Assembly (NCBI RefSeq): GCF_009914755.1
Contig: NC_060929.1
DNA from: the human T2T-CHM13v2.0 reference genome, Homo sapiens
Length of the DNA stretch: 64,000 bases
Reading direction: 5' to 3' (one strand)
In this document: positions 30,519-50,469 of the stretch, piece after piece
How the letters are laid out: the number at the start of each line of letters is the position of its first letter
How positions within the stretch are numbered: the first letter of the stretch is position 1
Notes under the pieces: generated by a model
Seen by the model: only the letters and a program-made list of their open reading frames with translations
Told to the model about the DNA's origin: nothing
Databases searched by the model: none
Translations under genes and position numbers: made by a program

Positions 30519-31116
30519 CTGTAAATAAAGAGTTAACTATTGAATTAACTTCCAGAAAATTAAGTGTATTTAAGAATATCACCAATTTATATTGGAACAT
30601 TCATTGAGTTTTAGATCAGATACTTATTGGCACAGAGAAAAGCTAGAGAAAATTAGGAAAGAATCATTTAAAAACAGCATCAAATAGAAAAGACTGATTT
30701 GATAAGAACTAAAGATGGAAGAATGGCTTTATAGATAGGCAGACAACCAACTTAAAAAAGACAAAAAGACAGGTTGGTCAAAATACTGGATTTACTAATA
30801 ATGTAAGGAAATAACATTACACAATGGAACATAAATTACATAATCTAAAACAGAATAAAAACTGACTCCACTTGTGCAAGATGTGAATATATAAGAGAAG
30901 AACTACAGTAGTCTTTCAAGGGACCAATACAATATCTATCTACATGCCTATGCCCTGGCTTCTATACCCCAGTGGTCATAAACATAATATTTTAAGATCT
31001 GTATTTTTACAGAGCTTTCTGATTATGACATACTGAGTGAAAGGTATGGCATTTTATTATCAGCTTCAGAGTACACCCTGGAGGCAACAATTATAATCTG
31101 TTAAATAATTGTGGGG

Positions 31117-31390
31117 TTTTTTTGAACAGAATCTCACTCTATTGCCCAGGCTGGAGTACAGTGGTATGGCCATAGTTCACTGCAGCCTCAAACTCCTGAG
31201 CTCAAGTGATCCTCCTGCCTTAGCCTCCCAAATAGTTGGGACCACTGAGGTGCCCCACCACACCTGGCTAACTTTCTTTATTTTTTGTGGAGATGAGGTC
31301 TTACTGTGTTGCCCAATTCAATTTCAAGCTCCTGACCTCCAGGCACCCTCCTACCTTGCCTTCAAATGCACTGGGATTACACGCATAAGT
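31117..31390 (-). mobile_element. Degraded AluJ
   Basis: ttgcccaggctggagtacagtgg..ctcaagtgatcctcctgcct. Confidence 0.88.
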
Positions 31391-31609
31391 TAAATAATTT
31401 TAGATATCAGCCTGGCTTCTGAAGTTATATGAAGACAGTGAAGTTGTCAAAATAATACTATCTGATCTATATTTGTTGTTATTAATTTATACCTCTGTGC
31501 ACTCTAGGAATTACTTTTACTTATTGTTTAGTTTTCTTCTTTCTCAGAGTTCTTAAACTTTTGTGGTTCTTTCTGGGCTCCTAACAAATTATTAAAACTT
31601 GTTACATAT

Positions 31610-31973
31610 TGTATTAGTCCATTTTCACACTGCTATAAAGAAATACCCAAGACTGGGTAATTTACAAAGAAAAGAAGTTTAATTGACTCACAGTTCTGCA
31701 TGGCTGGGGAGGCCTCAGGAGACTTACAATCATGGCTGAAGGAGAAGGGGAAGCAAGGCAAGTCTTACTTACATGGCAGCAGGAGAAAGAGAGCAAAGGG
31801 GGAAGTGCAACACTTTTAAACCTTCAGATCTTCTAAGAACTCACTATCATGAGAACAATATGGGGGAAATCCACCCCTGTGATCCAATCACCTCCCACCA
31901 AGTTCCTCCCCTGACGCATGGGAATTACAGTTCGACATGAGATTTGGGTGGGACACAGAGCCAAACCATACCT
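31610..31973 (-). mobile_element. THE1D-like MaLR solo LTR
   Basis: tgtattagtccattttcacactgctataaag ... gggacacagagccaaaccata; 5-bp flanks catat/tatat. Confidence 0.9.
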
Positions 31974-32646
31974 TATATGGTCTGACAAAGACATTGTTAA
32001 GGAGATACTAAATTACATTAAATCTGTAGTGGAAAGAGGTAACTCACAAAGCTGGCCATCAAAGGTCAGGGTCCTTTAAGTAAGTACTCGAGACATGCTG
32101 AGGTCTTCAGAGTCAAATGCCTGTAGTAATTGCAACTGGGTTTTTTTTTTTTTTGCAACCACTGACCAATCACACTTTTCTGCCCATTCTTTGCCTGACT
32201 TCTTTGTTTTATGCAACATTTAATAGCCATTTATCTTCTTTCGCATTGCCACCAAAGTATTTAGCCAAAATAAGCAGTTGGGTGATTTTAATAAAACTCA
32301 AGAAACATATCAACTATAAGCTGACTGTCTTGTAGAGGTTAAACCAAATTTTGAAATCTGATAACGTTCATCACAGTTATATCTTGCTTTGAAATATAAG
32401 TTAATTGCTAAGACTTGGATTTTTAGAAACAACAAAATAAATCAGTTTTATTAGCAACTTATGATGAAGGAGATTCCTATTAGGAAAAGGCTAATGGATT
32501 ATGAGACCCAGTAACAACTTTGCAGGGCTCAAATGCTATTAGAAGCCTCTCCTTCCTAGTATTTATTAATTTTGCAATGAAAGAAGGTTGGGGCCTTTTC
32601 TAAGTACCAAGAACACTAATTAAAACTAATCAATCAAATTCCTTAC

Positions 32647-32808
32647 AAACCATGAAACGGCAGAATAAACAGGAAGAGCACAGCGTGGCTAAGAATGCAA
32701 AGATGAACAGGAAATAAAACCAAATGATCCCCTGCTGCTGTCTGGGCACATCTCTTGCACAAACGTTGTATTTAATTCTGAGGTGATTATCTTTGATATG
32801 CCTGCCAT
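32647..32808 (-). pseudogene. GREB1-like pseudo-exon, first coding exon
   Basis: cctATGG start at 32808, donor TTT|gtaagg. Reads MAGISKIITSELNTTFVQEMCPDSSRGSFGFISCSSLHS*PRCALPVYSAVSWF, versus GREB1 [26 protein letters not shown]...PIFSQL. Confidence 0.65.
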
Positions 32809-32924
32809 AGGTGAGGGCAAATAACACATGAAGGAGTGAGCAGTCTCTGTGTAGCTAGCTAAAGGAAGAAACAGGTCCTCAGAGAGAAAACCGGCACTAA
32901 GAAAGCCATATTGTAAGAAAGAGG

Positions 32925-33530
32925 TACAGTGTGGTCAATGAGCTCTGTGCTTGCAATCAGAAGATTTGTGTTCAAGTCTTGGCTTTGCATGTTCCTATTT
33001 GGATGACTTTGGGTAAAGCACTGAATTGCAGTTTCTCAACTGTGTAGCATGAGATAACAATGCTCACTTTGACCTCTCCATATGAATGTTATAATGATCA
33101 ATTAATCTATATATTTAAATTAAGATTTTTCACGTATAAATTTTTCATTTTAATAATAAAATAGTAGCATACTGTTATCAATACTGGTAGCAGTAACTAG
33201 GAAAGAGCAGTATATCATAGGCCAAAAGTTAAGAGCAAGACCAAAGGAGCTGACATACTACAGAAGCACCGTAATATAGAAGAAGCAAATGGTACAGCAA
33301 TTGAGAGCCTAGACTTTGAAACCAGCCTGTCTAGATTTGAATCCCGGCTCTGCAATGTAGTAGATATATGACTGTGGTCAAGTTACTTATGCTATCTGTG
33401 CTTCAGTTTCCAAATCTATAAAATTCAGATAATAGCGTTAACTTCATGAGTTTGAGTATATATACATATTAGTGTTCAACATGGTACCTGGCACATAGTA
33501 TATATTATACAAGTGTTTTGCTAGTATTAC
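32925..33530 (+). mobile_element. Two MIR copies (about 32925-33110 and 33290-33530)
   Basis: ttcaagtcttggctttgc..gactttgggtaa; ttgaatcccggctctgc..caagttactta..cctggcacatag. Confidence 0.7.
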
Positions 33531-34025
33531 AATGCTGGCAACACTAAGTTGTTTAACTCCCTCCTCATTGGAAACTGGACTGATCACAAACTCTAGGATT
33601 GGGTTTGTGACTCCAGATATGAAGAATTAGAGGCACCCCATGCAGGCATCTAAGCAGGTTATTGCATCAGAAAGCTACTCCACATTGACCACAGCTCGGA
33701 TTTTAATTCATGTGAGAAATGGACAGAAAAAGTTAACTTTTCCACCGCATTACTACATTCTAATCATATATTTGCACATAAGAAAGCAAAATAATTTGTT
33801 TAGGAAACTAGATAAACCCTGGTCATTGTCTCTATTGACCAAGTGAAAAAACTATGTACAATCAGTTTTATCATCTCCACTAAGCTGGTTTTACCTATTT
33901 TCACATTTGGTATCAAAGTAAAGGTATACATTTTTCTTATACATTTTATACCAGTTGTACAAGGCCCTTGGTTTTCTTGTTTTGTTTTATGTTTAGTGGT
34001 TTCCATTTATATAACATATTTCTAT

Positions 34026-37000
34026 TGATAAAAGAAAAACTTCAGCTGAATTAATCTAAAGAAGTTTAATTGAGCAATGAGAGATTCTTGAATCGGGCAG
34101 CCTCCAAAATCACAGCAGATTCACAGAGACTCCAGGGGTGCCTCGTGGTCCTCATGGTCAGAACAAATTTATAGACAAAAAGGTGAATTGACTTACAGGA
34201 ATTGGAAGTGAGGTACAGAAACAGTGAGATTGGTTAAGCTTGACGTTTGCCTTATTTGAATGCAGTTTGAACATTCAGCAGTCTATAAGTGGTTGAAGTA
34301 TGGCCACTGGGATTGGCCAACACTCAGCCATTGTTACAGGTGCATAGTATTAAGTTAGGTTTTCAATTTTGTCTGACTATTAAGCTAGGTTACAGTTCAT
34401 TCACAAGGACTCAAATAGAGAAGTATGGAGTCCTTCTCAGGCCATATTTAGTTTGCTTTAACAATTCCCCACTTTTGGTCATTTTCTCAATTTTGAGAAA
34501 ATGACCAAAATCTTAGTCATTCATGTTACTATTACTATCGTAAATGTACTTATATGGTTTTGAAACTCACTGGGAAACAATAGAATAGTGTGTTTTGCAA
34601 GGAGAGAATAAGGACTGAGTAGAGGGTACCTCCTTATGCTGGAACAACCTGTCCACAGGAGAAAAACAAAACCCAATCTGTTCTAGGTTCTATGTGTTTC
34701 TTAAAGCCTTAGTTTGGTTATGTCACATTTAGCACACGTGACTCCATTTTAGTTTGGTTTGGTTTGTTGGGGCCTAGTGCATAAGCTCAGTCCAAAATAA
34801 TGGCCTCCCATAATTTCGTTTAAAAAAAAAAAAACTCCCCCTTTTCAGCCAGGTTCTCACTTCGGTGAGAGTGTGACCAAAACTTAGGGCCTCAGCACTA
34901 CTCTCAGTTACCATCATTTTGGGTTTCTGGTCTCAGTATGTCATTCATAGTTTATGGTGTCCTCATGGTCACACATTTCTTTCAGCTTTTGTCATTCTAG
35001 TTGAAGAGAGACCATTTGATGTTCTAGAGATGGCTGCATGCAAATACTTAAAACCTTTAAGAGAATACAGCGCACCAGGGAGACTATTACTGTGACCATC
35101 AGGAGGATAATACCAAGAGTTTGGAGTATGTGCCTTATCCAGAGTCCCCATAAACCAAACCACATAAAATTAAATAGATTAAAGAATGAGCTAGATGAAG
35201 AATCTACTCATTTGACTAAGTGTCCTTTTTATTGAAACCCTACAAATGAATTTTTATAATCTACATTTGATGTATTTCTCCATAGGCCACTAGTGTCAGC
35301 ATCTGCACAGGTACTTTTCTATTTAGCCAATTGTATTATTTAGCATAACTTTCACAAGAGGATTTAAAGTCTGTTGTGTAATGATAGCCTTTAAGGTAGA
35401 ATTTGCTGTAGAGCATATTGTGAGGGTGACATTTCTAATTATTGTCTCTTTTATTCTAAATCATGGAAAAAGGACCTAACAAATGATGTCCTTCTAGAAG
35501 AGTGAAGGCCTCCTGGCACTGTTCTCTTTAATCCTTGATGTGGATTAAGAGGAGTTTTGACCCCCGAAGTTTCTCACCTACATTGGGCCTTCATCTTTTA
35601 TCTATTAAAGTATAAGGTTATTCATGTATAAGACTGGCTGCAAATTCCTTCACAAATAAAATATGCCCTATAAGTTCAAATAATAGACACCCTTTTTATA
35701 GAGGCATAAACAAAGAAAAAATATTCAAAGATAAGAGTCTGATGATAATAGAAGTCTTGATCTGTGATCTCGGGAAAAGTTGTTGACATCAAGGATGCCA
35801 TCTTTTTCTGGGGAGAAACATTCCTGGTTAGTTTTACCTTAAGGTTTCCAATGGGTGCACAGTTCCAGGAGTGTGGTGGGACCCTTCTCAGTTGTGAGAT
35901 TATGAACCCAAAGTTCAAGTCTCCAAAGATTTGCTGTAGTGTGGATGGCAAGGACAGTCTTTCTCCGATGTTTTCAGAAAATCCAATCTTCCAGTTCTAG
36001 ATTGTGAAGGGATTGTCCTCAATGAATTTTACCTGGCAAAAAAACACTGTAGCATAATAATCTACTGTTATAACATCAGCTTTCTTGCATGGGAAAGCTT
36101 TTATACAACCAGAAAGCATGCGTTGAAAATGACAATTGAATGAAATCCCTTTATAAATGTTTAAATGGCCCATCGGGTAGCGAAATGTACCCGAAGCTTT
36201 GATTGTCTTCCCAGGAATATGGAACTGAACATTGGTTTTAAACTATTTCTGCAATTTATAAGTCACCACATCAATATATTCAGTTTGGATTATTTTATCT
36301 TTTCCATGATGAGTCATGGAATGCAGAACCTTTAATAACAAAAGCTTTAAGGACTCAGAAAGGACAAGCGTGGCTGTCCTGGTTGTTCCAGAGTCTGTGC
36401 TTAACATTGAACTTATGTCCTCTTGAATAGCAGTTGTTTCTCCAATTTAGGTGCATAGCACTGATAACTAATGGGTTATCACAGGTAATTTGACTTAGAC
36501 CATGGAGTTCATTCAAATTGTATATTTAAACAATTTTAATATTGGCTGATTAAGCATGATAATCTCAAGCTTGATTTTGAAAGGTTTGTTAAATACCAAA
36601 GTCTTAAAAACATTGGATATTACAAAATAGAATCTTAGGACCATAAGTCATTCATTAGGCAAAATGATAACTCAAAATTTTTTTTAAGTAAAAAACATTA
36701 TTCTGAGAGACAGGAGTCTCAGCTTTCCAAACAAGACCCAATGAAGACAGCATAAAGCCAACTGACTCTCTTTTCTTTCCCTGCTCCCCTTTTTCTTTTA
36801 TAGTTTACTTAAGAGGTAAACAAAAACCTTTTGTTATCTTTTAATATTACATAAAAATCCTTTTTAAAAGGCCAAATTTTATGTTTCCATTAGCGTATTT
36901 TTAATGTTAAAGCTAGTTTTTTAATAACTTTTTATAAATCTATTCAGTTTTAATTAGTTTAACCATAAGGTAAGATTTTTATAAATCTTTTATAGCCCTT

Positions 37001-40000
37001 TACAATTTTTTCTCAGAGCAGTACAATGTTCTATGAAAACTCTGTTGTGCTTCTCTATTCCAATGTCCAATTTATGAAAAAAAAAATCCTGAATAATGCC
37101 ATTTTAACTTTAGCCAATATGTTCACACATAGAATCTCTTATAATTAGCTGTTATAAACCTTCCACAAATTTTTCAAACTTCATTTAACTTAAAACAGTC
37201 CTTTAACCCTCTAACCCAGGCAAAAATTTACATTCCCATACTTTCTTATAATCTCTTACAAAAAAACACACTTCATTCTCATTGTACACCTTGCATGTAA
37301 ACCTGTTTTTTCCGTAATCTCAATTACATATTACAATGTTGACTCTTAGAAACTTTTACTTTTGGTGAAAACCTTGGTAAGTAAGGGATTTTAATTATGT
37401 ACTAGGTATGGAGTCTAGGACGCAGACAGAAATGCAGATAAGGTCTGACTCTTTCCAGCATCTAACGCCATGTGTCCCATGCCTTGCCTAGCTGTAAAAC
37501 AGGCATCTGTACAGTTAAGAGTCATAGTGGCATTTTATGAAGCATTTGGGAGGCCTAATCACCTTTAAATTATACAACATTTCTGGCATGAACTTCTTTT
37601 CATAAATTCTTTCACAACTTACATAGACCATGTACAACATGTTTAGATATTCTGACTTGCCTTAAACATCCCCCTTTTTAAACAACTAGTCATTTTACTT
37701 TAGGACAAGAATTTACCGTATAACATCCTTTCTTATATAAAATCTCTTTTCTTTATAACATTCTTTGCATAGCTAGGGGGCATGGCTAATTCCATATATC
37801 TCCTGGTCTTATTTAGAACTTAATGCCTCCAAAATAAATTGAACAATTTTCAAAAGTCAAAGCAGTTTATGACGACCTAAAAGCAGTTAGCAAACCTAAT
37901 ATTTGACCTGCATAATTTAGACAAAAATGTATTCATTTTATCAATAATCTTTAAAGCTGTTTTTATTTCCTAAAGATTACTAAAGTTACATAAACTAAAA
38001 GGAATTACAGTTTTTATTTTGTTTTCAAAATATTTGATTTAAGCGCTTATTTTTATTTAAGCCAATTAATTAATTAGTGCTCTTTTATATAAACATTACA
38101 CACAACACATATATAATTACACAGACAGAAGAAGATTACTTCAGTAGTTGTAAAATGTTTCATTTGCTGGTTTTTAAGTTTCTTAATTGGTTATTGGCTT
38201 TAGGGTGGAGCCCTTGGAAGAACAGGGCAGGAAAGGGGTTTCAGTTGCCTCCTGTTTTTCCCAAGGCGTCCAGGCTGTTAGAGCTTGAATATCCACTTTT
38301 AATTAAGCTGACTTTTAACCATAGCACTCTTCAATAAAGTCCTTTTAAAATTTCTTACCACCCGATTTTAGCCAGGCCAGTGAATTTTCAAAAGAAAATG
38401 TCAAAGGTAACCTCCCAGGTGATCAGAGAAAAGACAATTTAAGATAGTTTATAGTGGAGAAGAGACAAGACAAGGTTATGCAGATATTAAACCAAAAAAG
38501 GACTTACTTCCTAAGCAGGAAATCAAACCCAGACCACCAGTGTGAAAGGCCAAAATCTTAGATACTGAGCTACAGCACAGGGCAGTCTCGACTGTCCTTC
38601 CCAGGAGTCTATAGAGTAGTTCCTTTTGAAATTGCAAAGGCTTTTAACTACTCGAGATAATTTTTAGAGCTAACTATGACATAAACCCCAAAATTCCTGT
38701 TCCCTGGAAGGTGGAATCCAAGAGAAAATACTGTCATGTGGTCATAAGGTCAAGTTCCCAAGGACCTAAAACAAGACAGAGACCCTATCTAGTTTTTTTG
38801 TTTGTTTCAGGGACTTGCAGGAAAGTTTGTTATTGACCAGCTTGCTGGGCCGTCTGGAGCAGCAAGCTTATGAGGGCCTAAGCCTATGTTTTATCCTAAG
38901 GTACCCCTCAACCCAGAAAAACAAATTCATAGTACAAATACATCAGTTTAAGACTAGCCTCAGAATTCTTTTCAACATTAATCAAAACCTTACAGAAGAG
39001 ATAAACAGTGATTTTTACCATTCATTCAACTGTACAGAGAGAGAGAAGCCAAAAATCTGACTGGTAAGAAATTCTTACCCTTTTGCCAGCATGCCAGGCT
39101 TCTGGGTTCCCTTTCCCTGAGCGGCCCTAGTGACTCAGCTTGCTGTATCATTGCAATGGGGCCAAGCTGCATGATAAAGGAAAATTATATTTTTTTGTTC
39201 TGGCCAGAGTAAAATATGTGTGATAAAACATAGACATTAGCCACTCTGCTTAGCACTTAATATCAAACTGGCAAGGCTTAAGTTTGCCCCTGGTTGGGCC
39301 CCATCATCATTAATCCAACCTCTGACCATGAGTTTCAACATGTGGTCTCTGGGCAAGATGGTTGCCCTGAGTAATAGGCAAGATAAGAAAGGGAAAGGAG
39401 AGAGAGAAAAGCATTGCCTGTGGCAGGGTGGGGAAGGCAAAAAGGCCAGAGAAGATCACCCCCCATTCCAGCGACACTGAAAAGTTCAGGTGGCTGCTTT
39501 TTTATAGCAAAGGGATCTTTTCCAGCAGTGTCATCATCTCTCATGTTTCCCCTTTTAGGGAGGAAAAAGCTCCCTATGTCCCACAATCCTGTACATTCCT
39601 AATCCTGTCACCTGCAGCCGTCAGGAAAGAGCGCAAGGCAGATTATTCCAAAGAGAATAGCAGTTGACATGCTGTAGTGCCAAACCCATTCTTAGCCAAA
39701 AGGAACTTTACTGAGAGCCCTCATTTTCAAATGTACTTCAATGCATTGTTGTGCATTCTGATGTTCCACTGTGAGTTATCTTTAGTAATATTTTGGTGTT
39801 TCTGTAAGACTTCGCTGCCTCCCAGACCTAATGTATAAGCCAGAAGGAACTCAGTTTTCCAGAAATTAAGGATCCCATTTTTACCTAAAATATTGACTTT
39901 ACTCTCAGGTTCTCTTGATTAACTTAGCCAATGATTGTTTTTTTCCTACCTAAGCGCACAAGAAAAATGAAAAAAAGGGGTAGAACAGAAAAATCCCTGT

Positions 40001-40811
40001 GAATTTTCAAAAGACAAATTTTATAAACCCTGCAAAATACTGCTTACTACCAGTTCCTTTCTGACCTAGTCAGATATAAGAGGCCTCTAACTGGATTCAA
40101 ACCAGTTAATTCCCAGATCAAATCCATTCTTGGACCCAGTCCAGTTTCTGTCACAACTCTAAACCCAGTTTGGATCAGAAATCTGCTCAAAGAAACTCGG
40201 AGAGCTCAAAACGCAAATCCGTGGAGCTCCAAAATCTGAGAGGGAGCTTAACCGTGATCCCCAGCTGCTCTGAGAGATCAATGGACACAAGTGAGTCCTG
40301 CAGGTATCTTGAGTGTTCACTCAGCACTTCTGGGGGTCACTGGAAGCTCCACTTCGGATCCTACTCCTGACACCATCTGAGAAAAGAAAAACTTCAGCCA
40401 AATTAATTTAAAGGAGTTTAATTAAGCAATGAAAGATTTGCAAATCGGGCAGCCCCCAGAATCACAGCAGATTCACAGAGACTCCAGGGGTGCCTCGTGG
40501 TCCTTGTGGTCAGAACAAATTTATAGACAAAAAAGTTAAAGTGACAAACAGGAATCGGAAATTAGGTACAGAAACAGTGAGATTGGTTACAGCTTGGTGT
40601 TTGCCTTATTTGAATGCAGTTTGAACATTCAGCAGTCTATGAGTGGTATAGCCACTGGGATTGGCCAACACTCAGCCATTGTTACAGGTGCCTACTATTA
40701 AGTTAGGTTTTCAATTGTGTCTGACTATTAAGATAGGTTACAGTTCATCCACAAGGACTCAAATATAGAAGTATGGAGTCTTTCTCAGGCCATATTTATC
40801 TTGCTTTAACT
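34026..40811 (-). mobile_element. Full-length MER57-type ERV1 (MER4 group) provirus, non-coding
   Basis: Paired LTRs 34026-34463 (3') and 40378-40811 (5'); 4-bp TSD ctat at 34022-34025 and 40812-40815; polypurine tract next to 34464; PBS next to the 5' LTR; no gag/pol/env ORFs in the track. Confidence 0.92.
40358..40375 (-). promoter_or_regulatory. ERV primer binding site, tRNA-Leu type
   Basis: Minus strand TGGTGTCAGGAGTAGGAT, 2 nt after the LTR end; complementary to the tRNA-Leu(CAG) 3' end (atcccactcctgacacca) with one mismatch. Confidence 0.8.
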
Positions 40812-40904
40812 CTATCTTCTATTTTATAACCATTGGTTCCTCAATAACATCTAGAATGCCACAAATCACCACAAAAGTAAAAACTGGGTGATGGATTAAA
40901 TGAG

Positions 40905-40950
40905 AGGGAGGGAGGGAGGGAGGGATGGATGGATGGATGGATGGATGGGA
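40905..40950 (+). repeat. (GGGA)n(GGAT)n microsatellite
   Basis: Direct reading. Confidence 0.9.
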
Positions 40951-42078
40951 AGAGAGAGAGAAACATATGTCCTTGACTCTTTATTTTGGTGATTTACACC
41001 AAGAAAAGAAAGCTAACAAACTGTTTAATCAGAACTATATCAACTTTTAGGTTTAAAAAATTATTTTGTGAAAAATCCATTAGAATGTTTCAGAGATATG
41101 ATGATTGGTATGCAGATAAATTTCATTTTTAAATATTTGGTTAGAAAAAGTTAGAATTTTTCAAAATATAAAATTATGAATTACATAAACACTCAATCAT
41201 ATTTTGTCCCTTTTGATAGATTATGTGAGTAAAAGAAACGCAAAAAGACAAAAGAATATAGATGGATTCAATGACATATAAAATCTTTATAATCTAAGCC
41301 AAATAAAATTATATAGCACTGGCAACTTTGTCATGACTAAATTTATGAGTGTAACACTAAATAATGAACTCTTTTGTGTGTGACTTATAAAGTAGACTCA
41401 TTGTTGAATGGGAGAAATATATTATCCAATGCATTTTGAGCAAGATGAAATGTAAGGTACCATTTTTATAGAAATATTTTAGAGGAAGCTGTTCAACATT
41501 GGAGGATAATAGCCGTTACTTATAAAATACAGCATTTCCCCTCTGATTCATAGGAAAGTAACAAGATCTTTATCAGAATGTTCTCATTTCCACATAATTC
41601 AAATACCATGTATATCAAAAAATAACAAGTAAAGACAAAATTTATTAAATTTTAGAATATGAATGGCATTGATCATAGTGAATACATTTGACAAAATCAA
41701 ATAACCAATGGAGCATATTCATTTTGGTGAGTATTCTTAGTAAAGTCTTTAGGTCTCAGTTTCTTTTGAAAAATAAACTGGTTGTGAATATTACATGAGA
41801 TAAAATAAACGGAAAGGCACATTGTAAAAGAGTGATAAAGCAATACATAAATATAAATTCTAAATGTTATAACATTGTGCATAGTCATTGTGCATGTTAA
41901 ATGTTCAAAAAATAACTGAGTTAATGATTGAGGCATTGCAGGAAGTCTGGGGTGAGGCATTTGGCAGGAACTGCCACACAGGACTATTTTCTTCACTATG
42001 ACAATGCTCTAGCTGAGAGTGAATGTTTTTAATATAAACGGTTTTACTCAGCTTAACAACCTACTGGATTCACTATTA

Positions 42079-43257
42079 CAGTCATGAGTCATTTAAGCAC
42101 AGGGACATATTCTGAGAAATGTGTTGTTAGGCTATTTTGTCATGTGAACATCGCAGAGTGTACCTACATAAACCTAGATTGTGTAGCCTACTATGCTCCT
42201 AGGGTATTGCTCATAGGCTGCAAATCTGTACAGCATGCGATTGAACTGAATTTTGTAGGTAGTTGTAACAAAATGGTATTTGTGTGTATCTACACATAGC
42301 TCAATATAGAAAAAGTACAGTAAATATAGGTTATAAAATATTAAAAATGATATACCTGAATAGAGCACTTACCATGAATGGAGGTTACAGAACTAGTATT
42401 GGCTTGGGTGAATTTGTGAGTGAGTAATGAATGAAGGCTTAGGACAATACTGTACACTACAGTAGTGTCAGTAATGTTTAAACTGTGCACACTTAGGCTA
42501 TGCTAAATTTATTCTTTTTAGTTTTCTTCAGTAGTAAATTAACCTTAGCTTACTGTAATTTTTTCTTCATAGACTTCGTAATTTTTTAACTTTTTAACTC
42601 TCTCATAACTACACTTAGCTTAAAACACGAACACTTTTTTCCTTTATATACTTATTCTATAAGGTTTTTCTATTATTAGGCATTTTTTTTTACTTTTTAA
42701 ACTTTTTTGCTAAAAACTAAGACACAAACACACACATTAGTCTGGGCTTACAGGGGATCAGGATCATTAATATCACTGTCTTCCACTTCCAAATCTTGTC
42801 CAACTGGAAGGTCTTCACAGGTAGTAACATGCATGGAGCTGTCATCTCCTATGATAACAATGCCTTCTTCTGGAATACCTCCCGAAGGAGCTGCCTGAGG
42901 CTGTTTTACAGTTAGCTTTTTTGATTTTAATAAGTAGAAGAAATGCACTCTAAAATTACAATAAAAAGTATAATATAATAAAACATAAACCAGTAACATA
43001 GTTGTTTATTATCATTACCAAGTATTATGTACTATGCATAACTGTATGTGCTACACTTATATATTCCTGGCAGCACAGTAGGTTTGTTTACACCAGCATC
43101 ACTATAAACATGTGAGTAGTGCCTTGCCCTACTACATTTGGATGGCTACAGTGTCACTAGGTGATAGCAATTATTCAGCTCTGTTATAATCTTATTCAAC
43201 CACTTTAGTGTAAGCAGTTCATTGTTGACCAAAATGCTGTAATGCAATACATGACTG
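42079..43257 (+). mobile_element. Tigger3b-like (GOLEM) non-autonomous DNA transposon
   Basis: TIR ends cagtcatg / catgactg with TA duplication; about 1.18 kb; gacatattctgagaaatgtgttgttagg start. Confidence 0.9.
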
Positions 43258-43849
43258 TATTTAATACTGTTTCCACTATTCAAGCACAACAGATCATTCA
43301 TCATCACAATATTATTATAATCAATACTATTCAAAGGAGAAAACACAAGCTCTGGAAACAATTTCAAGATAGGAGTTTAACTCACTAATGCAAAAAAGAC
43401 ACATCATCAAAAAAGCAGTATTCAAAATGTGAGGTTGATGACACTTATGATATCATTATTCATAGGATGAAGAATTCTGGCATTTCCATTCATCTTTCTA
43501 CCACCTATATGTCTAAGGCAGACATTGCAGAGCAACTACCTCAACAACCTTACAGCCCTTTTCCTTATGCCTTTCTATAATGCAGAAACAGGAAACTAAA
43601 ACAAAATGACATTTCTCAGACTGCTTGCAGCTGAATTTTAAAATATGATTTAGATCCAGATGGGATTAAGACTTGGGCAACAGAATGAGAAAGAGGGCAC
43701 CTTTCTGCTGCTTCAGATAATTCTGCTGGCAAACCCAATGGTGGTGGTAGTTGGATTTCCAAAGCAGCAGTACTAGAACTTGTAGACACAAACAGGGCAG
43801 GATTTGAATAGGTTTGGACATGTAATTTATTACACCTTATGTTTGCAAA

Positions 43850-44150
43850 AATCTTAAATATTAAAAAAGAATGAAATGAAAATTTTAGAACTAAAAAAAA
43901 TACAACAATCAAAATAGCAACTCACTGGATGGACTCAATAGAGGATGGTCATCACAGAGGAAAGAATCAGTAAACTTGAAATTATCTGAACAACAAAATT
44001 TTATTCTAGAAAAATACAATAAACAGAATCTTAGAGACTTGTGGCAAAATATTAAAAGACCTACTATTCACATCATCCGAATCCCAAAAGGAAAGAAAGT
44101 TTGATGCAGAAAAATATTTAAAGTGATAATGCACTTTAAAAACTTCCAAA
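43850..44150 (+). mobile_element. Old L1M ORF1 fragment
   Basis: cactggatggactcaatag..gaaagaatcagtaaacttgaa..agagacttgtgg. Confidence 0.65.
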
Positions 44151-44154
44151 ATTG

Positions 44155-44285
44155 AGTTGGGTGTGGTAGTGAATGACTATAGTCCCAGCTATTCAGGAGG
44201 CTGAGGCAGGAAGATTGTCTGAACCCAGAGGTAAAAATTCAGCTGGGGCAAAATAATAAGACCCCATCTCTAAAAAAAAAAAAAG
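44155..44285 (+). mobile_element. Alu monomer (FLAM/FAM-like)
   Basis: tagtcccagctattcaggaggctgaggcaggaagattg..agaccccatctct followed by poly-A. Confidence 0.8.
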
Positions 44286-44292
44286 AACAACA

Positions 44293-50430
<6,138 letters not shown>

Positions 50431-50469
50431 AACAGGGAAAACATCAACAACAACAAAACAAACAAACCT

